Below are positions 21,982 to 32,315 of a stretch of 64,000 nt of DNA, in pieces. The translations under genes were made by a program, and so were the position numbers. The stretch comes from an uncultured Chloroflexia bacterium (GTDB lineage: Bacteria; Chloroflexota; Anaerolineae; B4-G1; SLSP01), in assembly GCA_963751345.1 (NCBI GenBank), contig CAVVUS010000010.1:160001-224000 (forward strand), read 5' to 3'. The notes under the pieces are model-generated. The model was given only the letters and a program-made list of their open reading frames with translations. It did not search any database and was not told the origin of the DNA. The stretch's first letter is position 1; the number at the start of each line of letters is the position of its first letter.

Positions 21982-22099
21982 TGTGGACAGCAACTATTAT
22001 TATCAGTGCATGTGCCATATGACGGGCGAGGAGACACTAGATCCGGTGTCCGGGCTGTGAGTATCTCTGTGGATAACGCCGCATGATTTGTGTGGACAG
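21982..22099. promoter_or_regulatory. DnaA-box cluster (autoregulation and/or oriC)
   Basis: Perfect TGTGGATAA at 22068-22076; TGTGGACAG at 21982 and 22091; AT-rich stretch ~21945-21970. Confidence 0.65.
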
Positions 22100-22127
22100 C
22101 GTATTTTGAGCTCCATTTGGCCACCGT

Positions 22128-22874
22128 CTAGTCCTGGGCCTTCGCAATCTGCCGGTAGTAGCAGCAGATATCCCTCAGGGGGCAGGCCTCGCACTGCGGA
22201 TTCCGTGCCCTGCAGAGCGTGCGTCCGTGCTCAATGAGGTTGAGATGGAAGACGTAATAGAGCTCCTCAGGCAGGAGCTCCTCCAGCAGGGTGTGCGCCT
22301 TCTCCCGGGACGTCTTTGGGGGAATCAGGCCAAGTCGCCGTGTGACACGGTGAACGTGGGTATCGACCGGGAACGCAGGGCGTCCCATAGCAAACAAGAG
22401 TACAATCGCTGCGGTCTTGGGCCCAACGCCGTCCAGGTCGAGGAGCCACGACCTGGCTTCCTCAAGGGGCATGTCGCGTAGGAAATCCAATGAAATCTTG
22501 CCCTGTGATTCAGTGATCTTCTGAAGGGCCTTCTGTATGCGGGGAGCCTTGGTAGGAGCCAGCCCCGCCGGTGTCACGGCTTCAGCGATCTGCGCTTCCG
22601 GCGCGTCTCGCACCTCTTCCCAGGATGGAAATCGCTCTCGGAGGCGCTGGTAGGCGATGTCCCGATTGTGGTCGTTTGTGTTTTGGCTGAGAATTGTGTT
22701 GACCAACGTCGCAACCGGATCGCTTTCGTCGCCGGCGTCCCTGCGTTTGTCACCGTAGGTCTTCACCAGCCGGCGATGCACTTCGAGCGCTTTCTCGGCC
22801 AGGCGTGCGCTATGCTCGGCTCCTCCCTGGGTTATCGTATCGACTCCCACGCGCGCCGAGCGCGCTTGACCCAC
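22128..22874 (-). CDS. nth: Endonuclease III-like HhH-GPD DNA glycosylase
   Basis: LSQNT, LDGVGPKTA, FPVDTHVHR, C-terminal CxxxxxxCxxCxxxxxC. Confidence 0.88.
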   Translation of the reverse strand: MGQARSARVGVDTITQGGAEHSARLAEKALEVHRRLVKTYGDKRRDAGDESDPVATLVNTILSQNTNDHNRDIAYQRLRERFPSWEEVRDAPEAQIAEAVTPAGLAPTKAPRIQKALQKITESQGKISLDFLRDMPLEEARSWLLDLDGVGPKTAAIVLLFAMGRPAFPVDTHVHRVTRRLGLIPPKTSREKAHTLLEELLPEELYYVFHLNLIEHGRTLCRARNPQCEACPLRDICCYYRQIAKAQD

Positions 22875-23275
22875 TCCCGCTCTGCCTCAAAGGTCAGATG
22901 CTCTTCCAGCTCGGACCACGGCACCCAGACCGTGAAGAACTGCTTCTCGTCGGCCGGTGGGCGCTTGGTGCGTTCCGGCGACTTTATGCGCATAAGGAAG
23001 TAGCGTTCGGTTCGATCGATTTCATTCTCGTCCAACAGGAAGGTGACCATCAGCTCGCCAAGGTCCGCAATCACCTCGAGGTCGCCATACCCGGTTTCCT
23101 CTTGCACTTCCCTCAGAGCGGCAGCCACAGGCTCTTCGTCGCGCTCGATATGTCCTTTGGGAAGCCGCACTTCATCGCGGCTTGGACGTATCAGCAGAAG
23201 GACTTGATCGCCTGATTCATCCAGGACTATACCGCCCGCAGACCTATACTTGACGCGTTCCTCTGAGTTACCCAT
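22832..23275 (-). CDS. NUDIX hydrolase
   Basis: LPKGHIE...ALREVQEETGY Nudix box. Confidence 0.9.
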   Translation of the reverse strand: MGNSEERVKYRSAGGIVLDESGDQVLLLIRPSRDEVRLPKGHIERDEEPVAAALREVQEETGYGDLEVIADLGELMVTFLLDENEIDRTERYFLMRIKSPERTKRPPADEKQFFTVWVPWSELEEHLTFEAEREWVKRARRAWESIR

Positions 23276-23332
23276 GGGTTCGTATGCTCCTCAGTGCTTG
23301 CCGTGCGACGTTATCTCCGGATGACAACGCCC

Positions 23333-26300
23333 TTAAGTTCCCAACAACCTTCGATTCAGTTCCTGCACCCACGTCGTATATTGGTTGAGATCTTCCCGAA
23401 GCTGTGCCACGTCGGCCCCATAGTGCATACGACGCGCCAGGAAGGCAAAAGCCTCCGAGTCGACGGGGGGTACCGTCAGGTCCTTTGCATTGCCGCGGAC
23501 CATCCGTAGCCCATCGATCAGCCACCGCAGGAACGTGTGGGCCTTCCGGAGCTTGACGTAGTCTCGCTCTGATAGGAAACCGGCCTCGGCCAGAGCTTGC
23601 ATCACGTCACGAATATTCGTGCTCCGCAGCGCCGGGTCCCCGTGGCCATGCGTGATCTGCAGTCCCTGGACGAGATATTCCACGTCGACCAGGCCTCCGA
23701 GGCTATACTTCGCGTTGAACGTTCCGCCGGTGACGAGATGCCGGACTTGTCGTTCGCGCATCGCACGCATCGCCGTCACATCAAAGGCACTTCCATCGTA
23801 TACATATCGATCCCGCCAGGCTGCGATCTCTTCTCCCAGTTCAGGACTGCCGGCGATAGGTCTGAGCTTGACCAGTGCCTGGCGCTCATAGGCCCACGCG
23901 GGTCCATCCGGCGCGAAGTACCGCCGGAAGGCCTCCAAGGAGACGGCCATACTGCCGGCCTTGCCGTAAGGTCGAAGTTGCAGGTCAATCTCGAAGATGC
24001 CCGCCCTCTTCGCTTCGATAGCCTGAATGAAGATCTGGACGAGTTTCTCGTAGAATTCCGCTGTCGTGATGATGTGTGGCCCTGAGGTCTTGCCGTTGCC
24101 GGTGTAGATGAACATGAGCTCGATATCCGAGGCAAATCCAAGCTCGCGTCCGCCGCACTTGCCCAGGGCCACGACGGCCATGTCGCTGATCTCCCCGTTC
24201 TCCAGGTACGGGGTACCGTACTGCGTGCGCAGGTCCTCGTGGCAGAGGTGGTATGCCGAATTCACGATCACCTCGGCCAGTGCGGTCAGTTCCTCTGAGA
24301 AGTCCCAGAATTCCTGCGTATGGCCGAGAATGTGCCGCATGTCGATACGGAACATTTCACGGTCTTTGAAGGCATTCAGAGGCCTCTCGCCACGGGCCCT
24401 CCGAGGATGGAGCTTGAGGACCCTTGTGTACGACAGCCAAAGCCGCTTCCAGCTCGGCCTGAAGCCGCGTTCGCGTCTTCTTGGTGTCCAGCGCATCCAC
24501 GTCTCGCACAATGGGAAAGAGGTTGGAGTATTGCATCCGCAGAAAGTCGTCCCAGAGGAACTCGCTGACGCCCAGCAAATGTGCTAAGGCGTTCAGGACT
24601 TCGGGATTCTCAAGCGAAGCGAGTTCATCGGGCCAGTTGGGCTGGCGGAAGAGATGGTTGACGAACTCCCGGAAATGGAGCAGCGCAGTCTCGGGATCGG
24701 GCGTGTGGGGCAGCAAATGGGTGAAGTGTTTGATCAGCACTACTGCGGCGCGGAGCTCTCGCTGTCGATCGGGAGACACGATTTTGCGTCCATTGACATC
24801 GGTTACGAAGAGCGTGTCGTGGGCTCGATCGCCGAAGGACTCTACGCTGACCCGGCCGATGTAGGTGCGGCTGTAAGCCAGGGCGTTGGTGAGTTCGTAG
24901 AGGAACCCTACGGTGTCCGGGGCCGTGATGTGCAGGACGGTGTAGTGCAGGGAGGTCTCGTTATCGATCCGGATGTCCACCGGGTAGAGGGTCGGTTCGC
25001 TGTCGGCGGCGCCTGCGATGGCCGATGCGACGCGTTTGGCCAGGACCCCCCGTGCTTCCTGTCCCTGATCGCCGTGCGAGAGGCGAAGCAGACCCAGCAA
25101 ATCCTCTGCGTAGGCTCGCCACGTCCCGGCGGTGACTTCACCTCGAACTGCACGCACCGTGAAAGCGTCGACGATCTTGCGTCGTTCGCGCATCGCGGTT
25201 CGGACCGATGCCTGGTCCGCAGAGGGCTCATAGGTGAAGACCTGGCCCTCCTCGATTGATAGACCGTAGACAAACAGCAGCCCGCAAATCAGCGAGAGCT
25301 CGCCCGGATAGTCATATCCGACGAGCGTCACTCGCCACCGCTCGTCGTCGAGCATGGCCGCCTCGACCTCGATGAGATTCTCAGGGTCGAGACGCGCCGC
25401 CAGAAGGGCGTGTCGCTGGATTTCCTGCGGTGCGAAGACTTCCGTGTACGAAGCATCCATCCGGGCGATATGGGCGGTGCTTGGGTCCGCCATCGCCGGC
25501 TCCGAAAACAACGCGTTCATAGGCTGTTCTCCCAGGAATCTTAGGTAGACGGCCCGGATTGCTGATCGATGTTGTTCGTATCGCGCTGTAAACTGCTCGC
25601 CCGCGGCGTCTCCTTCGAACCCGAGCCGGTAGGCCAATCGGCCCAGGGCGCGCGGGTCGTCAGGCAGCTTGTGGGTCTGCCGGTAGTGCATCATCTGCAG
25701 ATAATGCTCAATCGTGCGGAGGAAGACGTAGCCCTCGGTCAAGGTACGGGCGTCGCGTCGCGAGAGGTATCCGTTGGTCGAGAGCCGGTTCAAGGCGTCC
25801 AGCGTGTTATGACTGCGGATAGCAGGATCTGCGGCGCCGTGCGCCAACTGCAGATACTGTGTGACGAACTCCACATCCCTGATTGAGCCCTCGCCCAGCT
25901 TGACCTCGCCCCATTCATGCCCCTGTTGTCGCAAATAGCTCTCGGTCAAGCGTTTCATCGTGCTCACACTCTTCCGCGCATCGCTCTCCGTGACGCCGAA
26001 GATGATGGGGGCGGTCTGTTCCAGGAAGGCCTCCCCAATGCGCCGATCTCCTGCCACGACACGCCCCTTGAGCAGGGCCTGTTTCTCCCATACGCGCGCG
26101 TGGTTTTCGAGATAGGCCATATAACCCCGTGTGGATGTCACCAGGGGCCCGGACCTTCCCCACGGGCGCAGACGCATGTCCACTCGATAGAGAAAACCCT
26201 CTCCGGTAACCTTGGTCAGACCTTCGATCAGGCGCTCGCCCAGGCGAGTGTAGACGTCCAGACTGCTCTCAGCCAGGAACAGCAGATCGATGTCCGAGCT

Positions 26301-27012
26301 GTAATTCAGCTCGTGTCCCCCGAGTTTTCCCAGAGCCAGCACCACGAAGCCAGGAGTATCCTCTGCAACGAGCTCTAGCTCGATCGGCTGCCATGCTCAG
26401 GCATGCCTGGACCAAGCTGTCGGCCAGGTTGGAGAGTTGGGCGGTGACGACGGGGAGATCGAAGAGGTCCAGCAAGTCGCACGTGCCGATGCGCAGAAAC
26501 TCCCATCGCTGGAAACGGCGGAGGGCGTCGAGGTGATCCGTCTCGCAGAGAGCCTCGCTGTCGACGAAAGCCTCCTCGCAGAACTGCTCGACTGTCTTTG
26601 CGCGCGCGAGGTTGTGGTGTTCCACGAGAAGGCTTGCGTACTCGGGATTGCGTAACAAGATCTCCGTCAGGAACTGGCTGCCGGAAAAGAGCCTTACGAG
26701 AATCTCGGTTGCGCGCAGATTGCGCGAAAGCCATACCAATTCCTTCCCCATCGATGGCGCGCTCTGGAGAAATCGCTCCAGGTTGACCAGGACCCTGTCA
26801 GGGTTGCCGGTCTCCGAGAGCATCGTCAGGAGATAAGGCATGAGGTCGGCAAAGGCACGTGTGGCCCCGGATCTCTCCGATATCCGTTTCAGGCGACGAT
26901 AGGTCACTTCCCAATCCGCAAAGCCGGCGGGGAGTAACCACTGCCGTATCCGCTCGGCGGTCGGCTGGTCATACAGGAGTTCGCGCGACTCCTGGAATAG
27001 ATTCGCGTCCAT
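23333..27012 (-). CDS. glnE: Glutamine synthetase adenylyltransferase with internal ACT-domain pair; frameshifts near 26350 and 24400
   Basis: Two nucleotidyltransferase motifs (LGKLGGHELNYSSDID; LGKCGGRELGFASDIE), each with DxxLRPxG; divergent from glnA. Confidence 0.88.
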
Positions 27013-27197
27013 GGGGACCCATTATAGGAAGCGGCCAACCGGTTGTCAACGCCTCAAGGCGCCGCCTCATTCCCTTTCCATCGAATATGGCCCATTTGGG
27101 TAATAGACAGGTACCTCGGTCTCGTCTACCATGACTTCTGTAATATCGCTGGCCGTTGAGTTCGCATCGACGAACTATAGACTAAAGGAGATACGCA

Positions 27198-28607
27198 ATG
27201 TTAGAGACTGTTGCCGACGTACTGAAGATGGGCAAGGATGTGGAGATGGTCGACCTCCGCTTCACCGATCTTCTTGGCATGTGGCATCACTTCACGCTTC
27301 CGGCTCGAGAGCTGTCCGAGGAGCTCTTCACGGAGGGGATTGGCTTTGACGGGTCCTCCATCCGAGCTTTCCAGGAGATCCACGAGTCAGACATGATCTT
27401 GATCCCGGATGCATCGACGGCTTTCATGGATCAGATCTTCGAAGTTCCTACGCTTATCATCATCTGCGATATCTACGATCCTGTGACGCTGCAGCCCTAT
27501 ACGCGTGATGCGCGGTATGTTGCCAAGAAGGCGGAAGCGTATCTCAAGCAGACGGGTATCGCCGAAATCAGCTATTGGGGACCCGAGGCTGAGTTCTTCC
27601 TGTTCGATAGCGTCCGATACGGCGGGGGGACCAATAGCGCCTTCCACTACATTGACAGTGCCGAGGCCTGGTGGAACAGCGGCAATGAAGGCGGCAAGGG
27701 TGGGCAGATCGGCCCGAAGCGGGGCTATTTCCCTGTGCCTCCCGCGGACAGCAAGCAGGATGTCCGCAGCAAGATCGTGATGGCCCTGGAGGCCACCGGG
27801 GTGCCGGTGGAGGTCCACCACCACGAGGTCGCGACAGCGGGACAGTCAGAGATAGATTTGCATTACGCCCCATTGGTACGAATGGGAGATAGTATCCAGA
27901 TCTACAAATACCTGGTGAAGAGTGTCGCGCGCCAGAACGGGCTGACGGCTACTTTCATGCCCAAGCCCCTGTTCGAGGACAACGGCAGCGGCATGCACGT
28001 CCACCAGAGCCTGTGGCGCGGAGAGGAGAACGTCTTCTTCGACGAGGCGGGTTACGCTCAGTTGTCAGATACTGCAAAGTACTACATTGGCGGATTGCTG
28101 GCTCACGCTCCGGCTTTGCTGGCCATCGTGGCGCCCACGACCAACTCCTATCGTCGCCTGGTGCCCGGCTTTGAGGCACCCGTGAATCTGGCCTACTCGC
28201 AGCGCAACCGGTCGGCCGTGTGCCGCATCCCGATGTACTCGAAGAGCCCGAAGGCGAAGCGTGTCGAGTTCCGTGCACCCGACCCCTCCTGCAATCCGTA
28301 TCTCTGCTTCGCAGCGCTGCTGATGGCCGGTCTGGATGGTGTCCAGAACCAGATCGATCCCGGTGAGCCGATGGACAAGGATCTCTACGATCTTCCGGCA
28401 GAGGAAGCCGCCAAGGTCAAGCAGGTCCCGGGCTCGCTCTCTGCAGTCCTGGCAGCCCTCGAGGACGATCACGATTTCTTGCTCCAGGGGGACGTGTTCA
28501 CGCCGGACCTGCTGGAGGCCTACATCAAGTACAAGAAGACAGCGGAGGTCGATCCCATTCGGATGCGCCCGCATCCCTATGAGTTCACACTCTACTACGA
28601 TATCTAG
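27198..28607 (+). CDS. glnA: Glutamine synthetase type I (adenylylatable)
   Basis: FDGSSI, HHEVA, TFMPKP, GSGMHVH, DKDLYDLP adenylylation Tyr. Confidence 0.98.
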   Translation: MLETVADVLKMGKDVEMVDLRFTDLLGMWHHFTLPARELSEELFTEGIGFDGSSIRAFQEIHESDMILIPDASTAFMDQIFEVPTLIIICDIYDPVTLQPYTRDARYVAKKAEAYLKQTGIAEISYWGPEAEFFLFDSVRYGGGTNSAFHYIDSAEAWWNSGNEGGKGGQIGPKRGYFPVPPADSKQDVRSKIVMALEATGVPVEVHHHEVATAGQSEIDLHYAPLVRMGDSIQIYKYLVKSVARQNGLTATFMPKPLFEDNGSGMHVHQSLWRGEENVFFDEAGYAQLSDTAKYYIGGLLAHAPALLAIVAPTTNSYRRLVPGFEAPVNLAYSQRNRSAVCRIPMYSKSPKAKRVEFRAPDPSCNPYLCFAALLMAGLDGVQNQIDPGEPMDKDLYDLPAEEAAKVKQVPGSLSAVLAALEDDHDFLLQGDVFTPDLLEAYIKYKKTAEVDPIRMRPHPYEFTLYYDI

Positions 28608-28629
28608 GCTCGACAGGTAGGTCTGCGAG

Positions 28630-28660
28630 CGGCAGTCCGCCGGCATATCCGGCGGACTGC
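28630..28660 (+). terminator. GC hairpin downstream of glnA
   Basis: GGCAGTCCGCCGG-CATAT-CCGGCGGACTGCC; no U-tract. Confidence 0.45.
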
Positions 28661-28867
28661 CGGATACGCCGGCGGGGAGCGTAGCTTATCTCGCTGTCCC
28701 GGTCCTGGGCGGGTCTTGCCAAGACGACCATCCGATGCTGGCCTTTTGGGGGAAAGGGTGGAGGAGGAGAAGTGCTCGATAGCAACGGTCGGTCTTGGCA
28801 GACCCGCCTAGGTGTTTCTCTGGGATCATGATTGTTTTGCATCATGATCCTGTTAGAATCTCGCTAG

Positions 28868-31141
28868 ATGTCGAGCTTCACAGATTCAGACCTGGTCCAA
28901 GGCGATCCCCGAATCCTTGAGGCGCTGTCCAGTCTCAACCGGATCGGTGTTGCCATCAACCGCCTCACGCCACGGGCTAACATCAGCGTTGACGTAGCCA
29001 GCGTGGGGGCCACGCTGCGTCTGATCGCGGAGAGCGTCGTCAAGGTGATGGACGATGCGGTTGCCGTGATCTACACCTACGACGCCGCGAAACAGGAGTT
29101 TGATCTCTCCTCTGAGGTCTCGGCGGGGGAATCCGGCAGCGGCGACCTCTACGATCCTCCACGTCCCAATGGCATCGGGATGCGCGCCATTCGGCAACGC
29201 CGGCGCGTTCTTTCCTACGAAGAGCCCGATCTGGCAATCCATCCGCGAGCTGAGAAGGCCGGTGCCGGGACGGTAGCCTGTTTCCCACTCGTCGTTGCCG
29301 ATCAACCCGTCGGAGCCCTCTACGTCTACCTGCGCCGGCGAGAGCCGTTCGCCGAATTCGAATTGCTGATCATTGAGAGCATGGTCAACCATGCAGCGAT
29401 GGCGATTTACCAGGCGCGCCGTGTGTCAGATATCCAACGTGACCTTGCGCGCAGTGAGGAAGCAGTGGATCGGCTGTGGCGTGCGGGCATGCTGATCTCA
29501 TCCCGATTGGGCCTCGACGAGACGCTTGAGGCGATCCTCCAGATGGCGCTCGGGGTCACGGGAGCGCATCACGGGATCTTCCGCTTGGTGAACGATGTGG
29601 GGACGCATCTGGTGACCCGGGCTATTGCAGGTGCGCCCGGTCGCCCCCAGATGGGTGACCTGCTCGTCGATGGTTCCAGCATTATGGGATGGGTCGCAGC
29701 GCATCGTCAGCCGCTTTGTATTCACGATCTGGAAGCCGCACCGTGGGTGCGGCTTTACCATCCTCTGGATGCCGACTTGCGGATGCGCTCCGAGTTGGCG
29801 GTTCCACTTGTGGGGGCCAGCGGTCGGCTGGAGGGTGTGCTCAATCTGGAAAGCCCTCAAATCGGTGCGTTTGGTGACCAGGATCGTCATCTACTGCAGT
29901 CATTGGCCACGCAGGCGGTGATCGCCATCCAGGAAGCTCGGCTGTTGGATGCGCTGCTCGGCGTGGCGCGATTGCTGCTCCTGGAACCGACCCACCGTGT
30001 ACTGGACCATCTGGTGATGCAGTCCTCCGATCTGTTGAGCGCGTCGACAAGCGCTATCTGGACCCTGGAGGGCCAGGAATTGGCTCTACAGGCTACCACC
30101 GAGGGGCTGCAGCGCGGCGACCGGCTTCCGCTCGAGGGCAGCCTCACGGGGCTGGCCGTGCTCAACCGTGCCCCGGTGGTCTCGGAGGACGTGCGTCAGG
30201 ATGCACGCTTCTACCGGGCGGATCTGGCGCGCAGCCAGTCGTGGACCCGGGCGCTCATCGTGCCATTGCTGTCCAGCGAGGATGGCGAGGCCATCGGCGC
30301 ATTCAGTGTCTACGGCGTCCAGGGCGACCCGGGGCTCTTTACCGAGTCGGAATGGGATCAGAAGGTGCTGACCTGTCTGGCGTACTATGCGACCCTGGCG
30401 TTGCAGAATGCCGACCACCAGCGGGCGCTGCGCATAGCGCAGGAGCGTCACGCGGTGGCGGAGACATTCGCCGCCGTCGGCGATGTGGCTGCCAATGTGC
30501 TGCATCACCTCAACAACAAGGTCGGCACGATACCGGTCAGGGTCCAGGGCATCCAGGACAAGTGCAAGCCCTCGTTGGCGGCAGATGAGTATCTTGCTTC
30601 AAACCTCACGGAGATTGAGCGGAGCGCCAGGGAGGCCATGGATGCCGTCCGCGACAGTCTCGTCTACCTGCGTCCTATCAACCCGGCCCCGGTCACGGTG
30701 GCCGGGTGTGTAAGTGCAGCTCTGGATGATGCTCATCTCTCACCCTCTGTTCACGTCCGTACGGAGGGGTTGGAAGCGCTTCCCCAGGTTGTTGCCAGCC
30801 AACGCAGTCTCGTCTTCGTTTTCACGAATCTGTTGGAAAATGCGGCCGCCGCGATGGAGGGTGCGGGCCAGATCGTCATTCGCGGAGAGGCGGTCGGGCC
30901 ATGGGTCGAGGTGGCGGTCATCGACGATGGCCCGGGGATTCCGGCCGCGCTTCACGAGCGCATCTTCGAATTCAGCCTTCCCAACCATACATCGCGACGC
31001 AACGGTAGTCTGGGGTTTGGCCTATGGTGGGTCAAGACGCTGCTTATGCGGTTAGGGGGTGGGGTGACGGTAGAGAGTGATGGCGCGCACGGAACACAGT
31101 TCCAGCTTCGGTTGCCACGCGTCGGAGCAGACGATGCCTAA
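28868..31141 (+). CDS. Multi-GAF cytoplasmic sensor histidine kinase
   Basis: Three GAF-like repeats; HHLNN, NLLENA, DDGPGI, GFGL. Confidence 0.88.
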   Translation: MSSFTDSDLVQGDPRILEALSSLNRIGVAINRLTPRANISVDVASVGATLRLIAESVVKVMDDAVAVIYTYDAAKQEFDLSSEVSAGESGSGDLYDPPRPNGIGMRAIRQRRRVLSYEEPDLAIHPRAEKAGAGTVACFPLVVADQPVGALYVYLRRREPFAEFELLIIESMVNHAAMAIYQARRVSDIQRDLARSEEAVDRLWRAGMLISSRLGLDETLEAILQMALGVTGAHHGIFRLVNDVGTHLVTRAIAGAPGRPQMGDLLVDGSSIMGWVAAHRQPLCIHDLEAAPWVRLYHPLDADLRMRSELAVPLVGASGRLEGVLNLESPQIGAFGDQDRHLLQSLATQAVIAIQEARLLDALLGVARLLLLEPTHRVLDHLVMQSSDLLSASTSAIWTLEGQELALQATTEGLQRGDRLPLEGSLTGLAVLNRAPVVSEDVRQDARFYRADLARSQSWTRALIVPLLSSEDGEAIGAFSVYGVQGDPGLFTESEWDQKVLTCLAYYATLALQNADHQRALRIAQERHAVAETFAAVGDVAANVLHHLNNKVGTIPVRVQGIQDKCKPSLAADEYLASNLTEIERSAREAMDAVRDSLVYLRPINPAPVTVAGCVSAALDDAHLSPSVHVRTEGLEALPQVVASQRSLVFVFTNLLENAAAAMEGAGQIVIRGEAVGPWVEVAVIDDGPGIPAALHERIFEFSLPNHTSRRNGSLGFGLWWVKTLLMRLGGGVTVESDGAHGTQFQLRLPRVGADDA

Positions 31142-32249
31142 GAGCCGGATACCAAGGGCGCTGGTCGTCGAGGATGAGCCTGCGTGGCAGCAGATTGTAA
31201 GCGAGATCCTTCAGGATTGCGGCCTTGAGGTTGACGTTGCCGGGAATCTTGAGGAGGCGGTCTTCCTTCTGCGTCAGGCTCCCCATCGCCTGGCGGTTGT
31301 CGATCTGTCTCTGGGCGACGAGATGGCTGCGAATCAGGATGGGCTGCGGGTTCTGGAGTCCGTCGAGCTTCAAGATCCCGGCTGCACGACACTCCTGCTC
31401 ACGGGCTATGCCACGGTTGAGCTGGCGGTGAGCGTCCTGACCGACTATGGCGCGATGAGTTGCTTACAGAAGGCCACCTTCGATCGCGCCGAGTTTCGAG
31501 CGTTGGTCCGGCGTGCGCTGTCGGTCCCACCGGTCTACGAGGAGACACAGGAACGCGCTGCTCCTCGGTCAGCCCTGCCCCGACGTTCCGGGTCCGATCA
31601 CGACGTTCCGTCGGCATCGACTGCGGTCCTGGTCGTCGAAGATGACGCGGGCTGGCGCGGTATCCTTGCGGAGCTGCTCTCAGAGGCGGGGTACCATGTC
31701 CGGCTGTGCAATAGCTATGGTGAGGCTGTCGGGTGTTTGCGCCGCGAACCCTACGCATTGGCCATCGTGGATCTCTCCCTCACCGATGCGCCTCGCCCCG
31801 ATGCGGATGATTCACAGGACCTCGGGGGCTACCAGCTTCTGGCCCTGGCGGGCGAAGAGGGCGTTGCGACGATCGTAGTCAGTGGCGTAGCCAATCTGAG
31901 TGACATCGAACGTGCATACAATGAGTTCGGTGTCTATTCGTACCTGGAGAAACAATCGTTCGACCGACGCGCCTTTCTGCAGACCGTGGCAGAAGCTCGA
32001 GAGACCAGTGCATCGACCCGCGAGGTCGAAGGACTGACGTCGCGCGAGCTTGAGGTGCTGGCCCTTATTGCCCAGGGCATGACCAATCGCGGGATTGCGG
32101 AGGCCCTTGTCATCTCGACGAACACGGTCAAACGTCACCTCAAATCCGTCTTCGACAAGCTGGGCGTTCACACACGTGCCGCTGCCGCCGCCAAGGCGAT
32201 CAGCGTTGGTATTCCCCCCGATGCGTCCTCTTACGAGGGTGTGAATTGA
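31134..32249 (+). CDS. Response regulator with two REC domains and a LuxR HTH
   Basis: Two LVVED...VDLSL repeats; LTSRELEVL...TVKRHL. Confidence 0.9.
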   Translation: MPKSRIPRALVVEDEPAWQQIVSEILQDCGLEVDVAGNLEEAVFLLRQAPHRLAVVDLSLGDEMAANQDGLRVLESVELQDPGCTTLLLTGYATVELAVSVLTDYGAMSCLQKATFDRAEFRALVRRALSVPPVYEETQERAAPRSALPRRSGSDHDVPSASTAVLVVEDDAGWRGILAELLSEAGYHVRLCNSYGEAVGCLRREPYALAIVDLSLTDAPRPDADDSQDLGGYQLLALAGEEGVATIVVSGVANLSDIERAYNEFGVYSYLEKQSFDRRAFLQTVAEARETSASTREVEGLTSRELEVLALIAQGMTNRGIAEALVISTNTVKRHLKSVFDKLGVHTRAAAAAKAISVGIPPDASSYEGVN

Positions 32250-32315
32250 GCTATGTCCTGATCTTCCGAGAAGGGACGTAGACGCCCTTCCCTCTTCTGT
32301 GTATAATGCGTCGCG

